Below are positions 36,354 through 61,217 of a stretch of 64,000 nucleotides of DNA, piece by piece. The DNA is from the human T2T-CHM13v2.0 reference genome, Homo sapiens: assembly GCF_009914755.1 (NCBI RefSeq), contig NC_060931.1. The stretch is one strand, 5' to 3'. The translations under genes were made by a program, and so were the position numbers. Each line of letters begins with the position of its first letter. The first letter of the stretch is position 1. The notes beneath the pieces were generated by a model. That model saw only the letters and a list, made by a program, of their open reading frames with translations, ran no database searches and had not been told where the DNA came from.

Positions 36354-38579
36354 TAGACTCGTAACTTCCTCCTTCACCACCTTCCGGTCTATGCTCAATA
36401 TCACTTTCTCAGGGGAAGCTTTTTCTGACCACCTTCTTTCAAAAATTTCACAGCCAACACCTCTACCATCTTCTTTCTAGATATATTTTTATCCATAGCA
36501 CTTAACACTATCTAACCTACATGATGGTTTACTTCTTTATTTTCTGTCTCTCTTCCCCTCTTCATAAGAATGTAAGCTACATGAAGTCAGGGGCATAGGG
36601 GGAACTCATTAGATATTTGTTGGATAATGAGTGACTCTAGGAAGAAAGGAAGGAAATAATAAAGCAAGAAAGGAAGCAATGAAAACCCTTGTTACCTTTG
36701 AGATTGTTGTTAAAAGTGTTCAATAAACAGGCACTGGCTAAGAAATTTTTACCATTTCTAATTATTTTGCAAAATTGTAATGCTTTTTGGAAGTAAAGAT
36801 TTAAAAAGCAAACTAATAATAATCCTAAGGACTAGCACAACACTATTCTTATTATCTTAAGAAACTAGATGTATGGAAGGATACATTTTTATTTATAAAC
36901 ACATAAATGGGCCATTGAGTTTAGTAATAATTAAGTTTCCATTAGAGTTGAAATTATGACAAATCTATCTTTTCCTGGTACACTTCTTCCTACTTTAATT
37001 CATTTTAAGAAGTAGGTCAGGAATAAATTATGAAATAACAAAACAGCAAGTGCCCAATACTACTAAATCTTTGGGAACAACGATCAGCAATAAACATATA
37101 AAATGACTCCAATCCTAGAATTTTGTTTTGTTTGTTTACTGGCAATGAGTACAACCAGCTCTAGGTGGCTGGAGAGGTGGGGGCTGAGCTAGTTTTGTAG
37201 GTCTGCATTGGATTTTTGACATCAGGTAAAGCCTACTCCTCTGAGATACAGAGGTAAAGAACTTTACTGCCAGTAGCTTTCCACTCTAGGAAAAAATATG
37301 CTTCAACCTAAGCTGTGATTTAGAATTAAGTCAGGCCCTGGGATTGGCCAATGCTGGATTAGACCAAGTGTGTCCAGGCTGCCAGTTCACCCCTGGAGAC
37401 AGCACTGCATGCACTGTGTATGGAAGGCTGCAGGGAACATGAGGGAATCAAGGGCCATAAGCCCACATTTGTCAACATGGAGCAGGTGGGATATGGTGAT
37501 CTGCCTGCATTTTAGCAAGCTTGAGAATAGGCTTATAGCAGAGATAAGACTAATCGAGAAAGAAAAGAGAGAAATTAAGTGCAGCTCCTGGTAACCGACG
37601 TGCCTCTTACCCTTGTCAGTTTTTCTTCCTTAATGCCTTTCCATTTTTGCTCAACTCATGTCTGTCTCTCTTACCGATTTGACAGTCACATATATACACT
37701 GTTTTTTGTCTTCTAGGTATTTTGGGAAATGAAAGGTAGTAGGAGATTAAAAGAAGAGTAGGGTAAACAAATACCTTTCATGGATTACAATTTAGTAAGT
37801 CCTAACTCTAAATTTAAGAAGAATTTTCCAAGTGTGAAAATCTACAGAATTTACAATGTAATGGCAACATGATTAGGTCCCAAGAAATAATTAAGGTAAA
37901 CAATGTGCTCTTTTTCTCCTCTCCCAGTTCTGGTAACTCAATAGTCTTCAACTACTTGAGAAGGTGTGAGGATCATTTTTTATCTCAGTTTGGCCACTAA
38001 AGTTCACATTTCAGCTACGATCAAGTTGATCATGCTTATCCCCTGCTGACACCTTCTTCCCCACCTCAACAAGTCACAGATCACTTCAAGGAGAAAATTT
38101 CAAGAGGCTATTAAACACTGGCATGGATACTCAGAGCAGAGATGTTATCGTCTCTGGGGACCTTTAGGAACAGCTGATCATCCTGGATAGGCAGAATTAC
38201 ACCTAATTCAGTCCATCAAAAACTACTGGGTGCTGCAAAGTCAGCAAAGCATTGTGGGAATATCAAAAAGGTGAGCAGGCACAGCAGCTCCCCCCGAATA
38301 ACCTGAAATGGCTTCATCTGGACTGCTTCTGAGAAAGGCATGTTTAGGTTTGGTTACCACAGAGGAGGCGCAATGCTGGGCCAGGCTATGTTTAACAGGG
38401 ACTCTGTGGGCCTGCTTTCCATCCTAAGATGACACAATCTTAGAATCAGTTCTTAGCAATCACTTAACCCAGTGATTCTCAATCCTGACTGGACATTAGT
38501 ATTTGCTGGGGTTACTTTTAAAAAATAAAGATGCCTGGGCCTATGCCAGTCCATTGTCTCCTCCCCACCTTCATCACTC

Positions 38580-38878
38580 TTTTTTTTTTAATTTTCTTTG
38601 AGACTGAGTCTCGCTCTTGTTGCCCAGGCTGGAGTATAGTGGCGCAATCTCGGCTCACTGCAACCTCCACCTCCTGGGTTTGATTCTTCTGTTTCAGCCT
38701 CCCGAGTAGTTGGGATTACAGGCATGTGCCACCACGCCTGGCTAATTTTTATATTTTTAGTAGAGACAGGGTTTTGCTATGTTGGCCAAGCTGGTCTCGA
38801 ACTCCTGGCCTCAAATGGTACACCCTCCTCGGTCTCCCAAAGTGCTGGGATTACAGGTGTGAGCCACTGAGCCTGGCC
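38580..38878 (-). mobile_element. AluS
   Basis: Alu consensus. Confidence 0.92.
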
Positions 38879-39523
38879 CACACTTTCACTATTGAAAACG
38901 ATTGTATTCTGGAGGGCCATGAGGGAGGGGACAGGTCTTTTTCAAAATCTAGGGAACACTAAGGACTTTATCCTCAGAATAAATCTGATTAATAATTAAT
39001 CAGAATCTCTGTTGGGTTTTTTCTAAATAAACTCCCAGGCAATGCAAATGCAATGGAATTATACATTGGTTGCTGAGAACCATTGGTCCCATAAAACACC
39101 CTCATTTTATACGTAGAAAAATTAAGGTCCAAAGAATTTAACTAACCTGTGACTTGCCCAAGATCATATGCCTGGTTAGTGGCAGAGCTTGGCTTAAAAC
39201 CATGATCTCCATTAATTTACAAATCCAGTAAGCATCTATTAAGTACATTCTAGGGTTGTTGGCCCACCACCTAGTTGCCACTCAAGAATACTGTAAGTCA
39301 AAGCTGGTTGATAGCTAAGGATATCTTAGGCTGATCCTGATCCAAGTTAAAAGGTAAGTGTAAGGTGTGATGGTTCTGGCATTCTGTCTTATACTTTTCT
39401 TCCAAATAGTGGTGTGTGATTTAGACCTCTGGAAATTTTGAGGAATCCTTTGATCTGGATAAAATCCATTACTACCTCTGACCCACTCTCCTATTTACTA
39501 GTTCCAGGGGGCCGTCTACTTAC

Positions 39524-39652
39524 CCAGATCCAATGTGCAGCACAAAAGTCGGGACAGGGGACAAGATCCCCCGCTGGGAGCTCCAGTGCAGTTCACTGAA
39601 GCCTTGATCACTGAGGCTGAGAGCAGGAGAAGGGAGAGCTCGCTCCTTGGCC
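39524..39652 (-). other. SLC26A5: SLC26A5 non-coding exon 2 (5'UTR)
   Basis: Strong pyrimidine tract plus acceptor (cttccttttcttcttctatacatag); consensus donor TGG|gtaagt at 39522-39523; non-repetitive; fits the known two non-coding leading exons of prestin. Confidence 0.85.
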
Positions 39653-41649
39653 CTATGTATAGAAGAAGAAAAGGAAGTTAATTCAGCAGTTGTTGGTTTG
39701 TTTTTTGAAAGAAGCTATGTCCAAAATATTTCTTAACGCTCTCCTTTCATTCCTAATACCAACCCACTCCCTTCCAAGGCACAGCTACTGCTATCACAGT
39801 GGCTTACATGCGATAGACTAATTATATATAATTATATCTTCTTCCTAAGGGTGAACTGCTAGGATGTGAGAAAGATATAGTTCAATTTTTGAACTCAGCC
39901 ATTCCCATATGTAGCAATTCATGAATACAAGTTTGCATATGAGAAATTGTGTCCAGAATGGGGCATCATCAGTAGTGGGAGCAAATCCTCTTAGAGCAGT
40001 TGCCTTGAAAAGAGCAAGAAAAGTAGAAAAATGAGAGACTCATAATGTTCAAGATAAGAGTTGATCTTGATCAATTAAAAACTTAATTAGGCTAATCTGT
40101 CTTCAGTCTTTTACAAAGAATACAATTATTCCTTCCCATTCACAGAATACTTACTCAAGGGGCCATGTATTTATTCTATTTGAAAGTAAATTAAGTCATA
40201 TCCACTCAGTTTGTGAATTTACCCACATTGCTTCATTTCCCTTTCCCTCCATCTACCTATCCTCTGACTAATTCGCTGACCCGTTCTGAAGTGAGCTTTC
40301 ATAACCTGGGCACCAGGAATCCTCTGAAAGGTGTACAAGATTTTGAATGGGTGAGCTTTTTTATTTTTTTTCTGGGGTAAGTCCCTAGTGTCCTCCAGAT
40401 TTTGAAAGAGTCCTGTCCCCTCCTTCATAATCCTCTAGAATACAATTGTTTTCAAGGGTGAAGGTGGGGAGAAGATAATGATGTTGATAGTTGTTGGTAC
40501 CTACAATAAAACATTTTATGAAGTTGGTCCTGGAACTAGTCTTCAAAAGAAGGATTAAAAGAGTTCATGAAATTGGATCTATCCTCCAACAGAATGGACT
40601 TACATAAAATGTACTCTGAGTCACAAAATGATTAAATTTATCCATGCTGTGTCTTTTGTGCAAGATTTCACTAGTTTGAAACCAAAAGAAAGGAAAATCA
40701 TCATCTTATTTTTCTTAACTTTATTAACTTAATGATAATGAGAACACCTGGGAATACGGACGTGCTTCCTATTTATCATGATTTCCCTAGAAAACTGTTT
40801 CACTTGGGTTACTAAAATGCAGACTACCTGCAACGGTAGAAAAATTAAGATACCAGGGGGCAACACATGATATTTAGAATGAGATGAAAACTCAACTGAC
40901 TTTGATCGTCAATTAAATAGGCAGTGCACACCTGCATCTACACCTCACAAGGCAATCCATTGATTGTTAGAAACTTCCTCAGTCTTCCATTCTTCTGTTC
41001 TTAGCAAAGCGCCTCTATGCGAAAAGCACTCAAATACTTGTTGGATTGAGTCAATTCTTTTGGTTTCACTCATAAATTAATGAGGAACGTGTAACTCTGT
41101 ATAGTTTCAGAGTAGTTAAAGAGAGAAAAAAAGAAATGCTACATAAGAGAATTGGGGCTTCAGGTGTTACCTAATAGACTAGAAAGCTTTCCAAGAGTGC
41201 ACTTAAGATATGAGCTATAGCAACCTTACCTAGGCAATTCTTCACCCTAAGTTTCTTTCTAATGCAAATTAGTTTGAATTTCTCTCTCTTCCCTCCTGTC
41301 CTTTGCCTGAAAGTCTTCTGATACAAAGCAATACTACCGTAATTAGAAGGAATGCCTGACAAAAATACATTTTAAATTTCATTTTCAAAAAGGTTGATAC
41401 TTCGTATTGCATACTCCGAATTCCCCTGCATTTCTATGCTGTAAATTCCTAAACTTTAGATAATACATTTATATCTAGTGCACATTGTTCAGTTTTCAGA
41501 TAGGAAAAAGCTAAATCTCAGTCTGTGCCCGCAAAAAGTTGATATTTTTTGTTGTTTTAAGAGTCTCCATGAATGTTGTTTAAATTCTAGAATCCACAGT
41601 ACTCATCGAAGCTAGGAAAAGAATTTTGCCCACCCCACAGCGTATCTGA

Positions 41650-41755
41650 GGCTTTCTTCACAGCTAGCTGATCGGATCCTTGCAGCTGTTTCTTCTGTAG
41701 GTCTCGGAGCTCACTGAGAACGTCCAGCACGCCTTCCCGGCGGGGCCCGGCCCAG
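41650..41755 (+). ncRNA. Possible first exon of an antisense lncRNA (SLC26A5-AS1-type)
   Basis: Left edge of the CpG island with a plus-strand donor CAG|gtgcgc at 41755/41756; an antisense lncRNA is known at this locus from prior knowledge, but the exon limits are a guess. Confidence 0.3.
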
Positions 41756-42900
41756 GTGCGCACTAGATGAGGCAGTCAACCAAGTCAATTGGTTCCCGAT
41801 CAACTAAATCTCTCCTAAAAATAAACACTGCCGCGAGCTTCGAGAGTTCAGCGTGTCAGAGCCTCTATGATGGCAGAGCACCTGCCGCGATGCCTGATTG
41901 GTAGGGAGAAGGATTTCCCGGGAGGGGGCCAATACCAAATTTTAGGGCTGTTAGGCTCTGAGCAGTCCCTTCGTGACCGGATAAGTCAGAGACCCGGGGT
42001 TTGAGCCTTGCCCGGCGCTGAGCGGAGGGCCCAGTTTCGGGACCACAGCCTTGCTCCCTGGGAGCTCCGGGCGGCCAATGCCGGGCAAGCCCAGCCCGGC
42101 ACAGGAGGAGGCAGGGCCCGTCTCCGGAAAGAGGGCCAGAGGCAGAACTGAGGGCCTGGTTTTGTGTAATTCGATTTGGATACAAACAGGCCAGACCCAA
42201 ACTGGAAACGGCGAAGGGCTGGATTAGCACCGAAGGGATTCGAGGAGGCAAACGGGAAGTAAAAATGCTGTGTGGAGCTGCAGAGGGCAAGGGGACAGGG
42301 GTTGCAAAGGAAAGAGCTTCGTGAGACTTTCTCCTTCCCGGCGTAGGGACCAGCAGAGTGCGGGCAGGTCAGCCCTGTCACCGGTTCGTTTAGGGAAAAA
42401 GCGCGACATGGGGCCTGGGAGACAGGGGCAGAGGCGGTGACAGCGAGGGCCCCTGCTCGGGTGGGCCCGCGGGCCTCAGCTCAGTCCCCTCCCGAGGGAC
42501 CGCGACCCCCGGCCCCGCGGCCGCCCGCGCGCACTCACCAGCCCGGGCTGCCCTGGGCGGAGCCGCCCCGCCGCGCTCCACAGCCGCTGCCTCTTCGACG
42601 CGCGCGCTGCCTCCAGGTGCGGCTCTAGGAGGAGGCGCCGCGGGCAGTGCCGGCCGCGCCCCGCGACTCCCGGTAACCCGAGCCCGCCCCGCCCCGCTAG
42701 GGCCAGGCCCCGCCGCCACCCTCCGCGCTGGGACGCCGGGGCGCGGGCATCCCTGCCGCCTACGGATCTCTTCCCAAGCACCTAGAACTTTCCAAAGCGT
42801 GCTTGGAATTTAACACCTTGGTCGTCGATCCCCGCAAATATACTCTGATGAGACCGGCTTTCTTCCCATACCGCCCAGGAGTTTCTCCAGGTGGCATTCC
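41690..42900. promoter_or_regulatory. CpG island / TATA-less SLC26A5 promoter with GC boxes
   Basis: Very GC- and CpG-dense (core 42400-42770) against a CpG-poor background; tandem CCCGCCCCGCCCC Sp/KLF boxes at 42683-42695 and CCCCGCC at 42708. Confidence 0.9.
42539..42620 (-). other. SLC26A5: SLC26A5 non-coding exon 1 (5' boundary/TSS approximate, ~42620-42650)
   Basis: Consensus donor CTG|gtgagt at 42537-42538 inside the CpG island, just downstream of a GC-box cluster. Confidence 0.75.
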
Positions 42901-43299
42901 TGTCGCCTTGAGGTGGAACATCAGTAGAGGCTCGAGGCTGAAGCAAGCACAATACACAAGGTATAGCGTTCAAGTGGAAAACATTGCGTATTATGATTTT
43001 AAAATGAAAAAAAAACACAAAAAACCTGACTTATCTTTTCAATTACAATCATTATAGAGACTCCGATTCGTACAGGAACATTTCGAAAACAGGAAATCCT
43101 GAGGACAATGTGAGTATGAGTTTTTTTTTTTTTTTAATTTTCAAAAATCTTTGATGAACTGCCTTTGGTTAACACTTGGTTTGCAAATATTGACTATTGC
43201 ACGACAAGGCAATGCATGATAAGTTATTTTCTGGGCATTTAAGTTAGAATTTATAAAACAACTTTTGCTTTTTATTAAGTAGAATAATGTAACACGTTA

Positions 43300-43386
43300 C
43301 CCCAAGCTGGGAGAATTGCTTGAGTCCAGGAGTTTGAGACCAGCCTGGGCAACAAAGCGAGACTCCGTCTCTTAAAAAAAAAAATT
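43300..43386 (+). mobile_element. FLAM/Alu monomer fragment
   Basis: gcttgagtccaggagtttgagaccagcctgggcaac...A-tract. Confidence 0.8.
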
Positions 43387-43994
43387 AGATAGGAAATAGC
43401 TTGTTTTGCATCTAGCAACTGGGATACAAGAGAGCACCGCAGCCAGAGTGCCGGGCTCCAAGAGGGTGAGGGGTAGAAAATGATTTCAGATACATACTTC
43501 CCTCTGGCTTTATGCCTTAGCAAGGATTATAGTTGGTTCATTAAGAGCATCTTTTTTTTTTTTTTTGCTTTGTGCATTTCTGCGCGTGCACACTGTAGTG
43601 ACACGTGGCGGACTAGCTGTTTGGTCTTAAAGCTGTAAATGCACGCCTGCAGACACCAGAGGCTTCTGCCAAGGAGACCCCACCTCCAGAACCTGGGCCA
43701 GGCCTTTGGCTGGGAGCGCTGGTGCTGTTCTTCATCCGAGAGGAAAGGCTAGAGATTCCCTCCCTACTCCACACGAGGGCGATCTCTTCAAGGGCACCAG
43801 ACCACTCTCCGCGTCCCTAGCTGAGGAAACCAAATTTGCTTTTCTCCACGCTTTTGAACATCTCTAAACAAATCTTAATAGGGTAATTTACTAAGGAGGA
43901 GTTGGGCTCCTGGGACGTGCATTTCTGGTGTCCTTCATTTGCCACTTGGCCTTTGCCATCCTATGAAATTATTTTGTCACATACCTGTCTGTAG

Positions 43995-44160
43995 CCCAGT
44001 ACTTCTTACACTTTAATGTGCATAGGAATCACCTGCGGATCCCGTTAAAAACGCAGATTCTGATTCAGTAGGTCTGGGGTGGGGTCTGAGATGTGCCTTT
44101 CTAACAGGCCCCTGGGTGATCCTGATAGGCTACTGGAGGACCAAACTTTGAGTAGCAACA
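43995..44160. mobile_element. MER5A-like MITE
   Basis: gaatcacctg...gcagattctgattcagtaggtctggggtgggg...actttgagtagca. Confidence 0.8.
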
Positions 44161-44419
44161 CTGGAGACAGTTGGATGATAAACTGGTTTTGCCGGTAGCA
44201 CCAGGTACCTAATATACTAACACAATAATGGCAATGTTGCTAACACCTGTTCAGTGTTTACATGTAGTAGGCACTGTTCTGAGTACATGTATTTACTTGT
44301 ATAGATATTGCTATTATTTCTGGTTTAGAGATGAGTTTGCTTTTAATATGAGTCTTCCCCACCCCCTACCCCCTTCCCATCCTTGCTGGCTTAATTACAT
44401 TTATTTGGTATTAGAATAT

Positions 44420-44590
44420 TAGGGAGAGTATCAGGAAGAACAGCTAGTGGATGCTAGACCTTAATACCTAGGTGATGGGGTTGACCTGTGCAGCAAACCA
44501 CCATGACACACGTTTACCTGTGTAATAAATCTGCACATCCTGGACATGTACTCCAGAACTTAAAAGCGGATAAAAGAAAAAATTAAAGAA
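44420..44590 (+). mobile_element. L1PA/PB 3'-end fragment
   Basis: ttaatacctaggtgatgggg...gcagcaaaccaccatg...cagaacttaaaa. Confidence 0.8.
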
Positions 44591-44747
44591 TATTAAAAAG
44601 ATCTGAAAACGTATACTCAGGGAATTTTCTTCCCTCCTTTGTTCCACACATTCTAGCCAATCCTGTGTGAGTAAACAATGTCATGATTTCTCATCTATTC
44701 TTCCTGTGTTTTTGTAAAGCCACAGATATTTGTTTACATGTTCTTGG

Positions 44748-44813
44748 CTGCCTGCCTGCCTTCCTTCCTTTCCTTCCTTCCTTCCTTTCCTTCCTTCCTT
44801 CCTTGCCTTCCTT
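44748..44813. repeat. (CCTG)n(CCTT)n microsatellite
   Basis: Directly visible. Confidence 0.9.
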
Positions 44814-50421
<5,608 letters not shown>

Positions 50422-53400
50422 AAAGTAGTTTTTTCTAATTCTGTGAAGAAAGTCAGTGGTAGCTTGATGGGGATAGCATTGAATCTATAAATTACTTTGG
50501 GCAGTATGGCCATTTTCTATTGTTTGGAATAGTTTCAGAAGGAATGGTACCAGCTCCTCTTTGTACCTCTGGTAGAATTCGGCCGTGAATCTGTCTGGTC
50601 CTGGACTGTTTTTGGTTGGTAGGCTATTAATTACTACCTCAATTTCAGAAACTGTTATTGGTCCATTCAGAGATTCAACTTCTTCCTGGTAGTCTTGGGC
50701 AGGTATATGCATCCAGGAATTTATCCATTTTTCGTAGATTTTCCAATTTTTTTGCATAGAGGTGTTTATAGTATTCTCTGATGGTAGTTTGTATTTCTGT
50801 GGGATCGATGGTTATATCCCCTTTATCCCTTTTTATTGCATCTATTTGATTCTTCTCTCTTTTCTTTATTAGTCTGGCTAGCAGTGTATTTATTTTGTTG
50901 ATCTTTTCAAAAAACCAGCTCCTGGATTCATTGATTTTTTTTTTTTTGAGGGGTTTTTCGTACCTCTATCTCCTTCAGTTCTGCTCTGATCTTAGTTACT
51001 TCTTGCCTTCTAGCTTTTCAATTTGTTTGCTCTTGCTTCTCTAGTTCTTTTAATTGTGATGTTAGGGGGTCGATTTTAGATCTTTCCTCCTTTCTCTTGT
51101 GGGCATTTAGTGCTATAAATTTCCCTCTACACACTGCTTAAATATGTCCCAGAGATTCTGGTATGTTCTGTCTTTGTTCTCATTGGTTTCAAAGAACTTA
51201 TTTATTTGTGCCTTTATTTTGTTATTTAGCCAGTAGTCATTCAGGAGCAGGTTGTTCAGTTTCCATGTAGTTGTGCAGTTTTGAGTGAGTTTCTTAATCC
51301 TGAGTTCTAATTTGAGTGCACTGTGGTCTGAGAAAGTTTGTAATGATTTCTGTTTTTTCATATTTGTTGAGGAGTGTTTTACTTCCAATTATGTGGTCAG
51401 TTTTAGAATATGTGTGATGTGGTGCTGAGAAGAATGTATATTCTATTGATTTGAGGTGGAGAGTTCTGTAGATGTCTATTAGGTCTGCTTGGTCCAGAGT
51501 TGAGTTCAAGTCCTGGCTATCCTTGTTAATTTTCTGTCTCATTGATATGTCTAATATTGACAGTGGAGTGTTAAAATCTCCCATTATTATTGTGTGGGAC
51601 TCTAAGTCTCTTTCTAGGTCTCTAAGAACTTGCTTTATGAATCTCACTGCTCCTGTATTGGGTGCATATATATTTAGGATAGTTAGCTCTTCTTGTTGAA
51701 TTGATCCCTTTACCATTATATAATGGCCTTCTTTGTCTCTTTTGTTCTTTGTTGGTTTAAAGTCTGTTTTTATCAGAGACTAGGATTGCAACCCCTGCTT
51801 TTTTTTGCTCTCCATTTGCTTGGAAGATCTTCCTCTATCCCTTTATTTTGAGCCTATGTGTGTCTTTGCACGTGAGATGGGTCTCCTGAATACAGCACAC
51901 TGATGGGTCTTTACTCTATCCAATTTGCCTGTGTCTTATAATTGGGGCATTTAGCCTATTTACATTTAAGGTTAATATTGTTATGTGTGAATTTGCTCCT
52001 GTCATTATGATGCTAGCTGGTTGTTTTGCCTGTTAGTTTATGCAGTTTCTTCATAGCGTCAATGGTCTTTACAATTTGGCATGTTTTTGCAGTGACTGGT
52101 ACTGGTTGTTCCTTTCCATGTTTAGTTCTTTGTTCAGGAGCTCTTGTAAGGCAGGCCTTGTGGTGACAAAATACCTCAGCCTTTGCTTGTCTGTAAAGGA
52201 TTTTATTTCTCCTTCACTTACGAAGCTTAGTTTGGCTGGATATGAAATTCTGGGTTGAAACATTTTTTAAGAATGTTGAATATTGGCCCCCACTCTCTTC
52301 TGGCTTGTATGGTTTCTGCCAAGAGATCCGCTATTAGTCTGATGGGCTTCCATTTGTGGGTAACCCAACCTTTCTCTCTGGTTGCCTTTAACATTTTTTC
52401 CTTCATTTCAACCTTGGTGAATCTGATGATTATGTGTCTTGGAGTTATACTTCTCGAGGAATATTTGTGGTGTTCTCTGTATTTCCTGAATTTGAATGTT
52501 GGCCTGCCTTGCTAAGTTGGGGAAGTTCTCCTGGATAATATCCTGAAGAGTGTTTTCTAACTTGGTTTAATTCTCCCCATCACTTTTAGGTACACCATTC
52601 AAACACAGATTTGGTTTTTTCACTAGTCCCACATTTCTTGGAGGCTTTGTTTGTTTCTTTTCATTCTTTTTTTCTCTAATCTTGTCTTCTCGCTTTATTT
52701 CATTAATTTGAACTCAGTCACTGATATCCTTTCTTCCGCTTGATTGATTCGGCTATTGAAGCTTGTGTATGCTTCATGACATTCTTGTGCTGTGTTTTTC
52801 AGCTCCATCAGGTTATTTATTTTCTTCTCTACACTGGTTATTCTAGTTAGCTGTTCCTCTGCCCTTTTCTCAGGGTTTTTAGCTTTCTTGTGATGGGTTA
52901 GAACATGCTCCTTTAGCTTGGAGAAGTTTGTTATTAGCCACCTTCTGAAACCTACTTCTGTCAACTCATCAAACTCATTCTCCGTCCAGTTTTGTTCCCT
53001 TGCTGGTTAGGAGTTGTGATCCCTTGGAGGAGAAGAAGTGTTCTAGTTTTTAGAATTTTCAGTCTTGAGGCTCTGGTTTCTCCCCATCTTTGGTCTTTGA
53101 TGTTGGTGACCTGCGGATGGGGTTTTGGTGTGGATGTCCTTTTTGTTGATGTTGATGCTATTCCTTTCTGTTTGTTAGTTTTACTTCTAACAGTCAGGCT
53201 CCTCAGCTGGAGGTCTGTTGGAGTTTGCTGGAGGTCTACTCCAGACTGTGTTTGCCTGGGTATCACCAGTGGAGGCTACAGAGCAGCTAATATTGCTGCC
53301 TTTTCCTTCCTCCAGAAGCTTTGTCCCAGAGGGGCACCCGCCACATGCCAGCCAGAGTTCTCCTGTATGAGGTGTCTGTCGGCCCCTACTGGGAGGTGAC

Positions 53401-54220
53401 TCCCAGTTAGGGTACATGGGGGTCGACCCACTTGAGGAGGCAGTCTGTCCGCTATCAGTGCTCAAACGCAGTGCTGGGAGATCCACTGCTCTCTTTAGAT
53501 CTGTCAGGCAGGGTTGTTTAAGTTTGCTGAAGCTGTGCTGGCAGCTGCACCTTTCCCCAGGTACTCTGTCCCAGGGAGATGAAGATTTTGTCTATAAGTC
53601 CCTGACTGGGGCTGCTGCCTTTTGTTCAGATATGCCCTGCCCACAGAGATAGAATCTAGAGAGACAGTCAGCCTTGCTGAGCTGTGGTGGGCTTCGCCCA
53701 GTTTGAGCTTCCTGGCAACTTCGTTTACACTGTGGGCATAAAACCGCCTACTGAAGCTCCAGCAGTGGCAGACATCCTTCTCCCCGCCAAGCTCCAGCGT
53801 CCCAGTTCGATCTCAGACTTCTGCGCTAGCAGCGAGAATTTCAAACCAATGGATCTTAGCTTGCTGGGTTCTGTGGGTGTGGGACCTGCTGAGCCAGGCA
53901 CCTGAGAGAATCTTGTGGTCTGCCGGTTGCGAAGACCGTGGGCAAAGTGCAGTATTTGGGCAGGAGTGTAGCATTCGTCCCTCTCTCACGGCTTCCCTTG
54001 GGTAGGAAAGGGAAATCTCCAACCCCTCGCACCTCCTGGGTGAGGTGATGCCCTGCCCTGCTTCTGCTCTTCCTCCGTGGGCTGTACCCACTGTCTAACC
54101 AGTCTCAATGTGATGAACCAGGTACCTCAGTTGGAAATGCAGAAATCACCCGTCCTCTGCGTCGATCTTGCTGGGAGCTGTAGACTGCAGCTGTTCCTAT
54201 TCGGCCATCTTGAAGTCCCC
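50422..54220 (-). mobile_element. 3'-less L1PA6/7-like element (5'UTR, ORF1, partial ORF2, ~935-bp internal deletion at 50513)
   Basis: EN and ORF1 fragments in the ORF track; 5' end with YY1 site at ~54203-54212. Confidence 0.9.
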
Positions 54221-59658
<5,438 letters not shown>

Positions 59659-59662
59659 TTCC

Positions 59663-59821
59663 TTTTCTTTTTTTGAGACATAAGTCTCTCTCTCTCACCC
59701 AGATTGGAGTGCAGTGGCACAATTATGGCTCACTGCAGCCTTTAATTCCTGGGCTCAAGCGATCCTCCCTCCTAAGCCTCCTAAAGTGCTAGGATTACAG
59801 GTGTGAGCCACTGCGCCCAGC
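59663..59821 (-). mobile_element. FRAM-like Alu monomer
   Basis: Single right-arm-type monomer. Confidence 0.8.
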
Positions 59822-60590
59822 TTCCCCTTCTTTCTTACACAAAAGTGGCATTCTTCATATATTCTTCTACACTTAGCTCTTTCCACTTAACAGTATCTAT
59901 GGAAATCACTCCACGTTATGTCACAGAGATCTTCCTTTTTTTTTTTAAACAGCTACACAGTAGTACATTACATATATGTAGCACAGTGTGTTGAAATACT
60001 CTCCTATGTTTGGATAGTTATGTAGCTTACAATATTTTGTGGTTACAAATAATGCTGCAATTAATAACTTTGTGCATGTACATTTTCATATTTTTGGAGG
60101 TGTAGCTTTAGGATAAATTCCTAGAAGTGGGATCAAGTGTTTGGTGGGTCAAAAAGTAAATGCGTATGTAGTTTTCTTAGCTGTTGCCATAATCCTCTCC
60201 TCAGGGCTTATGTCATTTTTCATTCCTACCAGCAAGGTATGAGGAGGCCTATGTTTCACAGCCTTTTCAAGCTTATATTGTCAAGCTTTTGAATTTTGCC
60301 AATTTGATGGGTTAGAAGTTGTATCTCAGTGGGGCTTACTTTACACTTCTATTATAATGAGTGATGTTGCACACCTTTCGTATGTCGAAGGGCCATTTTT
60401 TGTATGATTTTCCTGAATTATCTATTCATATCTTTTGCTCATTTTTCTACGTAATTTTTGGTCTATTTTTACCTTCAATTTGAAAGATCTTTGTATATTA
60501 GGAATATTTGCTCTTTATCTGTGATATGTGTTACAAATATACTCTCAATTTCTCATTTGTATTTTGTCTTGAAAGCATTGTTTTTGCTTA
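59822..60590 (-). mobile_element. L1ME/MC 3' fragment (apparently continuous with ~44600-44745)
   Basis: cttacacaaaag...aataatgctgcaat.aataac.ttgtgcat...cattcctaccagca. Confidence 0.65.
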
Positions 60591-61217
60591 GAGAAAGAAC
60601 TGCTTATTTTTTAAGGGACACACATGTATTTTTACTTAATTCTTATAATAGTTTCATGAGTGGCTATCATTCCTCTGGTATTACAGACAGACAGGCTAAT
60701 ATTAACCGACTTGCCAAAGAATGTAAAGCTAATAAATAGCATAATATAAATTTTTTTTGTAAATACTTATGGATTCATTTATTATTTTAATAACTGTTAA
60801 TTTTTCAAACAACATGTGGCAGGCATTGAGACTGCACTAGAAAGTTGCTCACGTGGAATTTACAGACTAACAGTGGAGGAGAAGCCAGAGTTTCGTTAGA
60901 TAATAACACTGATAAGGCTAACTACCAACTTGGATAAATGCTGTAAAGGTAAAAAAAATCCAGAAGTATGAGCACATTTAAATGAAAAAACTCAATCCAA
61001 ATCAGGAAGGGGTGGGGGGTGGGGTGTCAAACATTAGGAGTCAATTAGATAAAGGGGTGGAGGTAGGGTGAGGAGCTAGCACCTGCAAATGCCCCGTAAG
61101 TGCAAGTGGCATGGCACATTGGAAAGACGGAAACAAGCCTGAAGAAGGCCCAGGTGGATGGAGCACAAAGGGTAGAGTGGCATAAGATACAGCTGGAGAG
61201 GAAGGCAGGGCCAGTTC

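Noticed and set aside
39819-39834. 16-bp palindrome TAATTATATATAATTA
   Set aside because: Low-complexity AT-only sequence, expected by chance
41865-42781. 100-140 aa Ala/Gly/Pro/Arg-rich ORFs
   Set aside because: Expected from stop-codon scarcity in a CpG island; no recognisable domain
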